Assembly (NCBI GenBank): GCA_043228905.1
Contig: JBHGNT010000009.1
Span: forward strand, 4,278,001-4,342,000
DNA: 64,000 bases
Direction: 5' to 3'
Origin: Azolla caroliniana
Lineage: Eukaryota > Plantae > Polypodiophyta
Part shown: one piece after another, positions 12,991 through 26,465 of the stretch
Position numbering within the stretch: position 1 is the stretch's first letter
How the letters are laid out: each line of letters begins with the position of its first letter
Made by a program: the position numbers and the translations under genes
Notes under the pieces: generated by a model
What the model was told of the DNA's origin: nothing
What the model saw: the letters and a program-made list of their open reading frames with translations, nothing else
Database searches by the model: none

Positions 12991-15454
12991 TGGGAAAGGC
13001 GGTCTTCCATTCGTCTCTCGATCGGATCCGCACGAGGTTATACACTCCTCGTAGATCGATTTTTGTAAAAAACTTGGCACCATTTACTCGCTCTAAAAGA
13101 CTTGATATAAGAGGAAGTGCATACCTATTCTTGATGGTGACCTTATTCAAGCCGTGGTAATCAACGACGAGACGAAGTGATCCATCTTTCTTCTTGAAAA
13201 AGAAGATGGGTGCACTGGCCGGAGATTTCGAATGATGAAAAAACCCGCTGGAGAAGTTCTCCTCTATATAGGTTCGAAGGACTTCTAACTCGGTTGGTGA
13301 CAAGTTGTAAATTGGTTCCCATGGTGGCTCTGTTTCTGGTTGTGAATCGATGGCACAATCGTAGGGACAATGATGAGGAAGAGTACCGGCTTTTACCTTG
13401 TCAAATACATCGGCATAAGGATGATATTTTGTCGGAAGTTGCACTAAGGATTTCTTCTTAATATTGCTGGAAGGATGTAATGATATTGCAAATAGAAACA
13501 TTGCCTCCTTGTGTCCTTCGTGTAGTTGATGGAGTGGAATGATCGAAACTCGATGAGTAGATTCTTGGGGTTGTCGATACCGGACTTCTCTTGTTCTCCA
13601 ATCTATGTTTGGATTATGTAATTCAAACCAAGGTAATCCCAGGACAATGGGATGCTTTGGACTACTAATTATATTAAATGATACCACACACACAAAACTA
13701 CCTAGGACAACCTGAATGGGTTCAGACTCTTCTACAATATTCCCAGAAGCAATGGGACGACCATCAATGACTACTACAGATGCGGGGCAAGGAAGTTTTC
13801 TTAAGGATATCTGAGAAGCTTGGGCAAAATTTCGATCCATGAAACAAGAATTGGCTCCAGAATCTAAAAGTGCTAGGATGTGTACTAGAGGAGTACTTTT
13901 AGTATTAACCATGACTTGGGCTAAGAACACATTGCTAACTTGCTTTGAGGGAATGGAACCCCTAATGGGTTGTACAGATCTAGGGTTGTCCAAACAAACA
14001 GCTCCTATTTTGGTTGGACTCAGTCATTTAACTCTTCTTCTAATTGACTAAGGATTTCAAATTTCTTTGAGATACTTGGGCTATTAGTACTATGAATACT
14101 ATCAGACACTCCTAAGGGAAGAATTGATTCGGGTTTAGTACAGGCTATGATTTGATTTACCTGTCTCCTTGGCCTATGGGGACAGTTGATTGCAATATGC
14201 CCTGGTCCACCGCAATAAAGACATAATCGATTTGCACGTCGACATTGCTTTTCTTCTTCCGATAACGGACCACGTCGACGTATGGTGTCGATCTCCATCG
14301 GTGTCAGAGTATTTGCTTGAGATACGTCTCATGCAAATGGTTTAGCCGTGACTGAGGCATATGTGGGCTCCGGCCTAGGGCGTGGTATTTGTAATTGACG
14401 TTCAGAATGTCGTTTGAAAAGGCGGTTGGCGCATCAGACCGCTCGACTGATTGCCTCTGTGAGAGACTTTGGTTCTTTGGGGAAGTTTAGGAGTAAAACT
14501 TTGACATCGTTTCACAGGCCGTAGTGCCTGATCATCCCAGGGGATATCTGAGGTGAGTAGACGGAAATCCGTCGTGTAGGTAGAGGTTGGACGATCACCT
14601 TGACGTAATTGTCGGATTTTGTTGATCGTCGTCCTGATGGTGTCTTTATCTCCAAAGCATGCTTTAAACTCGTTAATAAAGTCCAATCTTGGGCTCTTTA
14701 TGAAATCCTTGGGGACTTGATCCTTGTTGTTGTAACGATACAATGGTTGCTTCGAGTTGTTGTACACGTAACGCTAACTCCCCATGTTGTTGCTGCGTTT
14801 GTTGTTTTTCTAGAGCGATTTGTTGAAGGTCCCCTAACAATCGTTGGTTTTCTTGTTCCAAGGCAACAAATTTTTCATTTAGACCCTGTAGCTCGGAGAA
14901 AACGGATTGATATTCTTGGGCGCTAACAGTAGCCATAGTATTGGAAAAAAGGGGTAAGAGGATGAGGGAAACCGAAAAGAAGACTAGAGAAAAATTGGTT
15001 CAAACTGTCCGGAATAGGTACTAAAACAGAGAGAGAATTAGTACTGGAGAAGGGAAGTACTATTAGTACTAAGAGGACAGGACTACGTAAGACTCCCGAG
15101 AGAGAGGAGAGAGAAGAGGAGAGAGAGATAGAGAAAGCGAGAACGAGAGAGAGAGAGATGATGATAACATATGATATATTATAGGAATAGTAAGTACAAG
15201 ATGGCTATGAGGCTTAAGACTGGCGTTGAACCAATTTGGTTCAACATAATGCCTTGTGCCTCCTTTTATAGTGTTCTCAGTAGGAGTCCTGAAGCTTCTA
15301 GAATGTTCCAAAGAAATCTGGAATATACATTAATTTCCTATAATAAAACTTAAATGAAAATAATATCCTACGTATTACAATAGATGGTATAATGGTCAAG
15401 AGCTCGACCCATATAACATAAGGTCATGGGTTAGAGTCTTGCCATATCATGACA
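12991..15454 (-). mobile_element. Tcn1-like chromovirus, 5' half (5' LTR 15006-15454, gag, PR, partial RT)
   Basis: gag with CLYCGGPGHIAINC knuckle, LLDSGA, and RT up to DEWKTAF; LTR reads TGTC...GACA. Confidence 0.9.
14991..15005 (-). promoter_or_regulatory. Self-priming PBS (non-tRNA), complementary to the R-region start at ~15226-15237
   Basis: Minus strand after the LTR reads GTTTGAACCAATTT; AAATTGGTTCAAC lies ~30 nt downstream of the LTR TATAAAA. Confidence 0.7.
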
Positions 15455-17645
15455 TGATGAAGATATTGGCCACCTGCCGATCCGTCGAAACATGTAGCAG
15501 TTCCACTTCAGCGGAGAGAACATTCTCTCAGACAAATTGATAGTGCACCTCAAACTGGATGCTACTGAGGTTGTCACAGTAGATCACAACGGGATTGGAC
15601 ACCTCCACACGCAGATCCGTGAGAAGCCTTTTAAGCCATGTGGCTTCGCACGTTGCGACTGCCGCTCCTCCGTACTCGACCTCAGTGCTTGACAATGCCA
15701 CTTTCGACTGCTTTTTGCTGCTCTAGGCGATCGCGACGCTTCCTAGTGAAAACACATATCCAGATGTAGACATGCAGTCGCTGGCATTTCCGCCCCAATC
15801 GACATCCGTGTAGCCAACAAGTTGTTCGGCTACACCAACCCGATATAGCAACCCCCTGTCCATAGTGCCGCTGACGTATCTCAGAATTCAGATGCGCCAT
15901 AAATTGACTGATCAGCCCGACCGGATAACTGAGGTCCGAACGGGTGATAGTTTGGTAGATAAGGCTTCCAACTATTTGTCCGAACCTTGTCGTGGCAAAG
16001 CTTCACATTTCGATCCAGAGGAGTCGAGACAGATTTGCATTCTGTCATACCGAATTTGAAGAGCATACTCAACACATAATGATGTTGACTCATTATGCCT
16101 TCGGGGGTATGGATCACTTTGATCCCAAGGAAATAGTGAAGGTCTCCTAGATCCTTCATCTTGAATGATGCCGCAAGTTGGGATTTGACGCAACCGATTT
16201 CGTCCAGGTCGGCGCCAACGATGACAAGAACATCCACATAGAGCAATATGCTCAGCGGTCCGTTCCGACCTTGCGGGATGAAAAGTGAATAGTCCAATTT
16301 CGACGGAGCAAACCCCATCCGACGCAGTCTCTGCGTGATCTTCGCATTCTAGGCACGCAGGGCTTGCTTGAGGCCATAGAGGGATTTCTTCAATCAACAC
16401 ACGACCGATGTGTTTACTCTATACTGAAATCTGGGGAGCTGAACCATGTATACCTGTTCCTCAACATCACCTTGCAGGAATGCATTTCTCATATCCATTT
16501 GATTTAGATGCTACCCCTTCGCCGTTGCCACCACAAGCAAAACACAGACGGTCGTCATCTTTGCGACCGATGCGAATATCTCATCGTAGTCAATGCCATG
16601 CTACTACGCGTAGCCTTTGGCCACTAACCGGGCCTTGTACCTGTTGACGGAGTTGTCAATGTTGTATTTATACCCATTGGCAACCGATCAACTTCACTCC
16701 TTTCGGTACGTCCACTAAATCTCGTGTCTCATTTTCCGTGAGTGTGTGCATCTCTTCCTCCATAGTGGCACGCCAATTGGCGTCCTTCGCCTCTTTTGTG
16801 TAGCTCTCCAGCTCACGCACTACCGCCGCTTTCTTCATGTATGCATAATGATGTGCCATATACTCATTATACTCGTACCTCTTCACGGGGTTCTTCTGGC
16901 GGGTGGATCGGCACTATTCCTGATTCGGTGATTTCGCGGCCTTCTCAACCGACTTCGACCTCTTCCTCAAAGGTTCCTTTTCGATCAAGCCGCAGTTGGA
17001 ATCGCTCCGATCCAACTCAGCTCTGCCAGTGCTCTACTGGTGTCATACTCCGGCATCTTCTTCCTCCCCTTCTCTTTGCGCGTGAACCGTCTCCTCCGTT
17101 CCTTGCGTGGGGGGAGCACAATCGAGTCTTCACTACTCATCGGCTTGTCATTCGGTTGACCACTCCGATTCAACTAGTCTAGATTCGGTCCACTCATCCG
17201 GAGAGAAGTCGGACTATCCGACTACTCAGATTCCGTGACGCATCTCTCTGTTCTGGATTCCATCGGATCATCAACAACAATCGTCTCAGGCTCGGGTGGA
17301 GAGAAGTACCAAGATGCCGATTCATCAAAAATGACATCTCGGGTAATTCAGACTGCTTTCGATCGAGGGTTATAATAGTTATAACCCTTCTGTTCATTCG
17401 AGTAACTGACGAGAATGTATTTTTCAATTTTCGCGTCTAACTTCCTCCGTTTTTCTTTTGGTACATGCACATATGCAATGCTATTGAACACCCGAAGGTA
17501 TGCCAAATTCAGCTTCCGCTCAAAATACAGTTCGTGCTGCGACAACTTTGTCCTTCAGGCAGATATTCGATTATGGATTTAGACAACTGTCTGAATTGCT
17601 TTGGCCCAATAAAACTTGGGGATGCTTTTCTCCTCAAGCATCACC
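15455..17645 (-). pseudogene. Ty1/Copia integrase C-terminus, RT and RNase H (degenerate)
   Basis: YVHVPKEKRRKLDAK, LYVDVL, MKDLGDLHYFLG and RNase H remnants; continues at 22884-23045 and probably at 36117-37444. Confidence 0.88.
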
Positions 17646-20600
17646 TGTCATGATTAAGCATAGTATGACTTTAAAAAGATTTGAACCCATGACCTTGTGA
17701 CACATGGGCAAAAGCCTTACCATTAAGCTATACATTGTAATACAAAAATATTTATTTTCATTTATTATTTCACGTAGGAAATCCATGTATATTCTAGACT
17801 GTTAGGAATAGTACTGAAACAAAGAGAGAATTAGTACTAAGAGATGAAGATTAGTACTAAGAGGAAAAGAGGGTGTAGAACAGCTGAGGAGAAGGAGAGA
17901 GAGAAAGAGAGAAAGAGAATGATAATAACAAAAGGATATATTATGTGAAAAGAATATACAAGGATAGCTAGGAGGCTTAAGACTGGCGTTGAACTGATTC
18001 GGTTCTCGATAATGCCATGTGCCTCTTTTTATAGTGGCTTTAGGAATACTCTTGACATTTCTAGAATGTTCTAGAGAAATCTAGAATATACATGGATTTC
18101 CTAAGTGAAATAATAAATGGAAATAATATTCTTTGTATTACAATGTATAGCTTAATGGTAAGGTTTCTGCCCATGTGCCACAAGGTCATGGGTTCAAATC
18201 TTATTGAAGCCATACCATGCTAAATAATGACACTACCCCCCTCTTAAGACAACGAGTGCTACGAGTCGTCAATGAAAGTCCTCAACAAGAGCTCGAGCAT
18301 TTGCCACATTCTCGACTTGTTCCTAAGTACGCTCGCTTGGACTATAGCCTAGCCAATCAACCAAATAATAGAGCTTGTTGCAAACAATCTTGGAATCGAG
18401 GATGGTAGCTACTTCGTACTCCGGTCTGGCTTCAAGCTCGATCAAGGGTGGAGGTGGTGTAACACGATACAGAATAGTGTTGTCGTGATACGGTTCGAGA
18501 AGAGAACTAGGAAAAACCGGATGTATCCGTATTTGTGGAGGTACTTCAAGACGAAAAGAGACATCATTATTTTTCCGATAATACGGAAAGGACCTCATCG
18601 ACGATAGTCCAATTTATCGAATGGGCGAGTAGTCTTCATGTGTCATCGTAATAGCCATACCCGATCTATATTGTTAAATCTGGATGGAAACCGATGACGA
18701 TCCGCATAATCCTTTTGTGTTTGTGAGCTTGTTGTAAATGAGTAGATAAGTCCACTTGTATCTTGCATAGCCGCTCCAAACGATCCTCTGCACAAGGATT
18801 TGTGGGTAACTCCAGATTTTCGAATACACACCACTGGGGATGATAGCCAATATAAGCATAAAATAGTGTAAACCTAGTTGATGAGTGGACAGAGTTATTA
18901 TACGCAAATTCCGCAAAGTAGAGAATATCCACCCAGTCATCTTGTTGATAGCTTAGAAAACACCGAAGATATTGTTCCAGCGTTTGATTCGTTCGTTTTG
19001 CTTGTTCGTCTGTTTGAGGGTGATAGTCGGAGGAGAGATTACAAGTGACCTTGAGCATTTCTTCAAAATGCTTCCAGAATTTTGAGATGAATTGGGGTCC
19101 ACGGTCGCTAATGATGCTATTAGGGAGGCCATGATGCCGACATATCTCTCGCATGACAATTTCGGCGGTTTCTTTACTAGTGATTTCCTTAGTACAAGGC
19201 AATAAATGTGCCATCTTCGTATATCGATCTACTATTGTTAAGATTGCATCGAATCCCTTTGAAATTGGAAGATCTGTGATGAAATATAGAGAAATGGATT
19301 GCCACAGCTTGCTTGGAATTGGTAATGGTTCCAATAAACCATATGGATGATGTCTTGGCATCTTTGCTCTGCAACATGTATCACATGTCCGAACATAGTC
19401 TTCGACAAATCGTCGCATATGGGGCCACCAAAATGATCGTTGTACTAAATCTAGCATTTTAGTACTACCAAAATGCCCAACTGTATATGTGTCATGACAA
19501 TTTTGGACTACTTGAAGGTGACAAGAACAATTAGGAACATACAAGAGTTTCTAAAAAAATAGTAATCCATCATGACAATTGAATTGTCGATAGTCTGTAC
19601 TTGGTTGTTGCAACTGTGAACAAGATGCCCGAGAGGGGTCAATTTGTGTTAGAATGGCTTGAGCAAAAGCATTTGTCTTCAATTCCTTCCATATGGTATC
19701 GATAATGTGGGAATCCAATGGCGTATCAACCACGTTGCTTGTAGGCGTGCCGGTCCCAGGATTACTTGCTTTTGATTATTGAATGTTGGCTCACCGAGAC
19801 GTGGTGCTAGATACAAACGTCGTGATAACGCATTTGCCTTTCCTTGCAGCGTCCTAGGGCGATATGTAATTTTGAAGTCGAAACGAGTGAGGAATTGGGC
19901 CCACCGAGCTTGACGTCGATTTAATACACAGGCATTTTGGAAGTACGCAAGATTTTTATGATCACTAAATACGGTGACTTGATGAGAAGATCCCTCTAGA
20001 AAATGCCTCCTTTGTGTAAAAGAGTCCACTATTGCTAATAGCTTTTCATCATCACTTTGTTGTGACAAAATGCTACCGAAGGCGAAATCCGACGCATCGG
20101 CCTCAATGATGAATGGTTTTTTCGGATCAACATGAGCTAGAATAGGAGCTGATGTAAATGCATTCTTAAGACTCACAAAAGCCATGTCCGCGTCTTTAGA
20201 CCAAACAAACGACTGCCCCTTCTTGGTAAGTTCTGTGAGAGGTAGAATAATCTTTGAGTAATCCTATATAAACTTGCATTAGAAATTGGCGAAACCAAAA
20301 AAGCATTGCACATCTCGCAACGAACATGGAGTCTGCCACTCTACCATAGTTTAAACCTTAACTGGATCCATAGAGATGCCTTCCGAGGAGATGAAATAGC
20401 CCAGAAATTCCACAGTCTTGGTTGCACTCGAAACTACATTTTTCCAGTTTTGCATAAAGACCATGTTCTCGAAGTCATTTTAGTACTAATAGTACATGAG
20501 AATCATGCTCTTCTTGGGTCTCGAATAAACCAATAGATCAGCTAAATAGATGATCAAAGAAACATCTAGGAGATCTCGGAATATATCATTTGCCATGTGT

Positions 20601-22883
20601 TGGACAACTGTTGGCGCGTTAGTGAGACCAAATGGTATGACCGTATACTCAAGTGCCCATATCTGGTGCAGAACGTGGTCTTCCATTCATCTCCTGGTTG
20701 GATCCGTACGAGGTTATATGCTCCTCGTAAGTAGATCTTTGTGAAGAACCTTGCACCATTGATCCATTCTAAAAGACTTGAGATAAGGGGGAGTGCATAC
20801 CTATTCCTGATGGTGACCTTATTCAAGCCACGGTAATCTATGACGAGACGAAGTGATCTATCCTTTTTCTTGACAAAGAAAATGGGTGCACCGGCTAGAG
20901 ATTTCGAATGTCGAATGAAACTATTTGCCAAATTCTCCTCTATATAGGCTCAAAGGACTTCTAGATCGGTTGGTGACAAATTGTAGATCGGTCCCCATGG
21001 TGGCTCTTTTCCTGGTTGTAAATCAATGGGGCAATCATACGGTCTGTGGTGAGGAAGCATATTGGCTTGTACCTTATCAAACACATCGGCATAATGACGA
21101 TACTTCTCTGGAAGTTGAACTATGGACTCCTCTATAGTAGTGTTGGAAGGTTTTACTGATACTGCGAAGACAAACATTGCTTACTTGCGTCCTTCCTCAC
21201 ACAATTGATGTAGTGAAATGGTTGCAATCCAATGAGTAGATCCTCGGGTTTGTCAATACCAGATTTCACTTGTTCTCCAAGCTATGTCTGGGTTAATTCG
21301 AACCATGGTAACCCCAAGACAATTGGATGATCTGGACTACTAATTATATTAAATGATACCACACACACCAAGTTATCTAGGACAACCTGAATCGGCTCTC
21401 ACTCTTCTACAATTTTTCCGAAAGCAATGGGACGACCATCAATAACTACTACAAATGCTGGGCTAGAAAGTTTTCTGAGTGATATCTAATGAGCTTGGGC
21501 AAAATTTCTATCCATGAAGCAAGAGTTGGCTCTGGAATCTAAGAGTGCTAAGACATGTATTGGAGGAGTACTTTTAGTACTAACCATTACTTGAGCTAAG
21601 AATACATTGCTAACTTGCTTAGAGGAAATGGAACCACTAATGGGTTGCACAGATCTAGGGTTGTCCAACCAAACAACTCCTATTTTGGCTGGACTTAATT
21701 GTTTAACTCTTCTTCTAGTTGACTAAGAAATTCAAATTTGTTTGAAAGGCTTGGGCTATTACGACTATTAGACACTCCTAGAGAAATAGACTCAGGTTTA
21801 GTACTATTAGTATTAGTGGTTATTTGATTTACCTGTCTTCTTGGCCGATGGGGACAATTCACTGCAATATGCCCCGGTCCATCGCAATAAAGAAATAACT
21901 GATTTGCCTACCGTTGTTGCTTTTCCTCTTCTGATAGTGGCGTGCGACGACATGTGGTGTTGATTTCCATTGGAGTAGGAGTATTTGTTGGAGACGCATT
22001 AAATGACTCCCTTGGAAATGGCTTTGCTACAATTGAACCATAGGTGGGCTCCGATCTTGTCCTCGGCATTTGGAGGTTTAGTACTATTAATATTAGTGGT
22101 TATTTGATTTACCTGTCTTCTTGGCCGATGGGGACAATTCACTGCAATATGCCCCGGTCCATCGCAATAAAGAAATAACTGATTTGCCCAGCGTTGTTGC
22201 TTTTCCTCTTCTGATAGTGGCCCGCGACGACGTGTGGTGTCTATTTCCATTGGAGTAGGAGTATTTGTTGGAGACACATTAAATGACTCCCTTGGAAATG
22301 GCTTTGCTACAATTGAACCATAGGTGGGCTCCGATCTTGTCCTCGGCATTTGGAGTTGACGTTCTGAATGCCTTTCGAAGAGGTGGTTATCACATCGTAC
22401 CACACGACTGTTTGCTTCTGTCAATGACTTTGGTTCTTTGGGGAAAGTCAAGAGTAAATCCTTGACATCATTATGTAGGCCCTAACGAAATTGCTCAATT
22501 AATGCTTGGTCATCGTAGGGGATATCGGCGGCGAGTAGACGAAAATCTGCAACGTATGGGAGGTTGGACGATCACCTTGACGTAATTGGTGGATTTTGTC
22601 GATTTTCGTCCTTATGCTATCAGTATCTCCAAAATAGGCTTTAAACTCACTTATAAACTCTTCAAAATTGTTTAGTAATGGAGAATCTTCCTTTTCTAAC
22701 AACAGAGTGAACCATGCCAAAGCTAAACCACTAGAATGTTCTAGAGAAATATAGAATATACATGGATTTCCTAAGTGAAATAATAAATGGAAATAATATT
22801 CTTTGTATTATAATGTATAACTTAATGGTAAGACTTCCACCCAAAATCCTTATGATGAAGCCATACCATGCTAAATCATGACA
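17646..22883 (-). mobile_element. Rearranged Tcn1-like chromovirus with 5-bp TSD TCACC (inverted U3 piece 17646-17799, 3' LTR 17800-18232, PPT, pol, partial gag, truncated 5' LTR 22731-22883)
   Basis: Chromodomain EYEVATILDS, integrase, RT, LLDSRA and gag knuckle; PPT AGAGGGGGGTAG; TCACC on both flanks. Confidence 0.88.
21794..22353. repeat. 280-bp tandem duplication in gag (zinc-knuckle region)
   Basis: AGGTTTAGTACTATTA...CCTCGGCATTTGG begins at 21794 and at 22074. Confidence 0.85.
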
Positions 22884-23045
22884 TCACCCTTGCCGCTTCT
22901 ACCAGCGTCTTGTTCCGATGCTCGGCCACGTCGTTACGCCGAACCGCTCTGGCGTGTATCTACAAGAGAATTCCCATCAGATTCCCTTCGTCTGGAGATA
23001 GCTCATGAACTAGCCGGAAAAGAGTAGACACTTGATCTTTCTTCC
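22884..23045 (-). pseudogene. Copia integrase core fragment
   Basis: Translates ...NDVAEHRNKTLVEAARV, continuing in frame as MLEEK left of 17645. Confidence 0.8.
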
Positions 23046-23465
23046 GGGTCCATACATTCATTTCAACTCATTAGGTTTAATCTTGTTTAATCATAATATA
23101 ATCTCATTTCTATTTCAAGTCTTATCTCTCTGGGTGAAAGCATGCGAGTGGAAACAATTAGCTATGTCCTTGACATAGCTAATTAGCTATGCAAAAAGCT
23201 ACCATTGATAAATAGTCATTTTTGCAAAAAGCTACTATTAATAAATTAGTTATGCAAAAAGCTACCATTGAAAATAGTAGAGAGTTTTAATTATATAAAT
23301 GAGCACCATAAATGTGCAACATAAACGTGCAACATAAATTGATATGTGCACCATAAATTATATACTGAATTCCTAGGTCCATTATGCATGACCCTTTGCC
23401 ACATCACGTGGGTCATCTTTGCTTGAGTATTTTGGCTTAGATTACTACTACTGTTGCTAAACCCT

Positions 23466-25680
23466 ATTGTGTCCACTCCTCCATTGTCATCATTCTACAC
23501 TCAGTTATCGACACGGAGTGGTCCAAGTATCATCTGCCACTGTTCGATCCGACGAAGTTCACTCCTCCATTGCCGCCATTCTACACTCAATTGTCGCCAC
23601 TATTCAATCCAAGCATCATCTGCCAAGTTCACTCCTCCATTGTCGCCACTATACACTCAGTTGCCGCTACTATGAAGGTTGTATATTACTGCCACTTTTC
23701 GATCTGACGGAGTTAACTGCTTCTCCATTGCCGCCATTCTACTCTCAGTTGCCATCACTGTGCGTTCCAAGCATCATCTACCACTGTTCGATCTGACGGC
23801 ATTCACTGGACCTCCATTGCCATCCTTCTACACTCAGTTGCCGCTACTATTCGGTGACCTGTCCTGGATTGCTGCCACTTTTCGATTTGACGGAGTTCAG
23901 TCATCCATTGACATCATTCTACACTTAGTTGCCGCTACTATTCGGTCTTGTATTGCTACCACTTTTCAATCTGAAGGAGTTCACTCCTTCTCCACTACCG
24001 CCATTGTACTCTCAATTGTCGTCACTGTGTGTTCCAAGCATCATCTGCCACTGTTCAATTTGACGGAGTTCACTCATCCATTGTCATCATTCTACACTTA
24101 GTTGCCGCTATTGTTCGGTGGTGTATTGCTGCCACTTTTCGATCCGAAGGAGTTCACTCCTTCTCCAGTGCTGCCATTCTACTCTCATTTGTTGTCACTA
24201 TGCGTTGTCGTGAAGATTTTCGGCAATAGTGTGAAAATCCCATAAAACGTACAAAATCGAGTATGAATCACATAATACAATAATTGTGAAGATAACATTT
24301 TAAATAAATTTAATATCTAAGTACAAAATGATTGAGGTTTCGAATGCACTTTATTACACGAGAAATGGACAACTAAATGTCAAGATATGAGGGTATAAAG
24401 TTTGTGAAAGGAAAAGAGAAAATTGTGAGATATCCCACATAGGCACAACAAATACGGCTCTCATCATATATAAGGTAGAGCAAAAGATATTATCTTTGTG
24501 TCTGTGTGTGGAGCATAGAGAGTTGAAGGTAACTTGAACTAAGAGTGGAGGTGGGCTAACTACTCGTAAAGGGTTTTGGCCAACCAAAACATGACCGGCG
24601 ATGGAGCCGGTGATTTTGCGGCATCCGGCGCCAGTGAGACACTGGCATCCGACGGCAATCCGGCGACAGCGAGGCGGCGGCATCCAGCGGCAATCCGGCA
24701 CCGGCGAGACGACGGCATCCGGTGAGGCACCGGTAACCGACGGCATCCAGCGGCGGCACCGGTATCTAGCGACGGCGAGGCGGCGGCATCCGGCGCTGGT
24801 GAGACGACGGCATCCGACAACGGCATCCGGCGAGGCACCGATAACCGACGGCATCCGACGAACCGGCGTCCGGCGACTATATAAATAAATATATAAATAT
24901 ATATACATATATACATAAACAAGGAGGGCAAGTAAGGATTCGAAACCTTGCACCTCCGAGTTAGGAGTCAATTGGCTTACCATTACACCATGCCATTTAG
25001 TTGAATTTATATTTCTATCATTGTACTTTTACATGTAAATTCTCATACATGAGAGCTAAAATAAGTGACATGGTTATCATGCACCACATGTAATACATAA
25101 GCGCCAAATGGCAAACATGCATTTTATGCATGTCTTGTACCCTCACATGCATCATATGCATGAGAGCATCTATAAAGGGAGGGGGGAGGAGAAAAAACAC
25201 GTTTTTTTTTGTTATGAAATTAAGAAGAAGAAATTCGTTATCAAATTGATCGTGTAACTTGTTTCTTAAATCCAAAGATAAAAGTTCAATCAATCTCTCC
25301 CAATCGTTTAATCTCAACTTCTCTCTTTCCCAATCTATCTTAAGTACTTTCTCGCTAAAGCTTGCGCCAAAGCTTGTACCAACCTAGAATCCTTCCAGTT
25401 CAGAACCCCGGCAGTTCTGCCTCACGATCCGCGCGTAGTGATGAATCTTCACGACAGCGTTCCAAGCACCATCTGCCACGTTCGATCCGATGGAATTCCC
25501 TCCTCCATTGCCATCATTCTACACTCAGTTGCTACTATTGTTCGGTCCTAGATTGTCAAAATTGTTCAATCAAACAGAGTTACTCCTCCACTACCACCAT
25601 TCTACACTCAGTTGCCGCCACTATTCGGCCCTAGATTACCACCATTGTTCGGTCTTGGATTTGAATAACTATTCTATCTA
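23466..25680. repeat. Subterminal tandem array (CATTGCCGCCATTCTACACTCAGTTGCCGC-type units), split by the solo LTR at 24206-25456
   Basis: More than 10 diverged units visible; the unit continues across the LTR insertion. Confidence 0.8.
24206..25456. mobile_element. Solo LTR, 4-bp TSD GCGT, 13-bp terminal inverted repeat TGTCGTGAAGATT
   Basis: GCGT|TGTCGTGAAGATT...AATCTTCACGACA|GCGT. Confidence 0.85.
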
Positions 25681-26098
25681 TTGATTAACTTGTGTATTGT
25701 TCTGTATAATCTTGTGTATTGTGGAATATTTTTGTGTATAGTTGTTGCCCATAGCCATCTTTAATACGTGTCTTTTTTTCGGGAAAATTAGGGTTTAAAC
25801 CCGTCAAGCCAAATGGAAGGGGAAGGAGGGTGTTTAGAATTACCCCTCAATGATCATCAGGATATGGATGACGCTATCAGGACACAACAAGCGATACGAA
25901 AGTATTGGGTAGAAAAAAAAAAAAAAACATCGTCAATTGTTGAAGGATACGAAAGCCACACTCACTAAAGGTAAAGATAGTATTGGTTGGGATATAGGTC
26001 TAAATATCACTGAGAATGGAAGTAGAGAGAAAGGTTGTAGACTATTTCAATGTTCAAACCAAGCACATCAACAATGAAGACAAGAAGGTAGTACTTTA

Positions 26099-26423
26099 TG
26101 TTAGGAAACAGGTCCCTCCAGATGGAAAGTGAGAAGAACAGTACTTTATGTTAGGAAACCGGATGTGGTATACCCGGCTACGGAAGACCTGGTGAGAACC
26201 GAATGAGGAGTACCCGGCAAGAGCCGAATGGTGAAGGCCCGGTGAGAAGTGCTCACCGGATGAAGGGACATATTCATAAATATGTTTCCTGAGACTCCAT
26301 CGGGGCTATATTTGTAAATAGCTGAAAAGTCATATTAGTATAAATATGACTTAGGGCAAACTCTTTGATATGTGTAGTAGTTGTCATTCTTGTTGGTGCA
26401 AGTCTAGAGAGCGTGTAACAGTG

Positions 26424-26465
<42 letters not shown>

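Noticed and set aside
18140-18215. Functional tRNA gene
   Set aside because: A/B boxes are present but there is no convincing acceptor or anticodon stem; reported only as a tRNA-like module.
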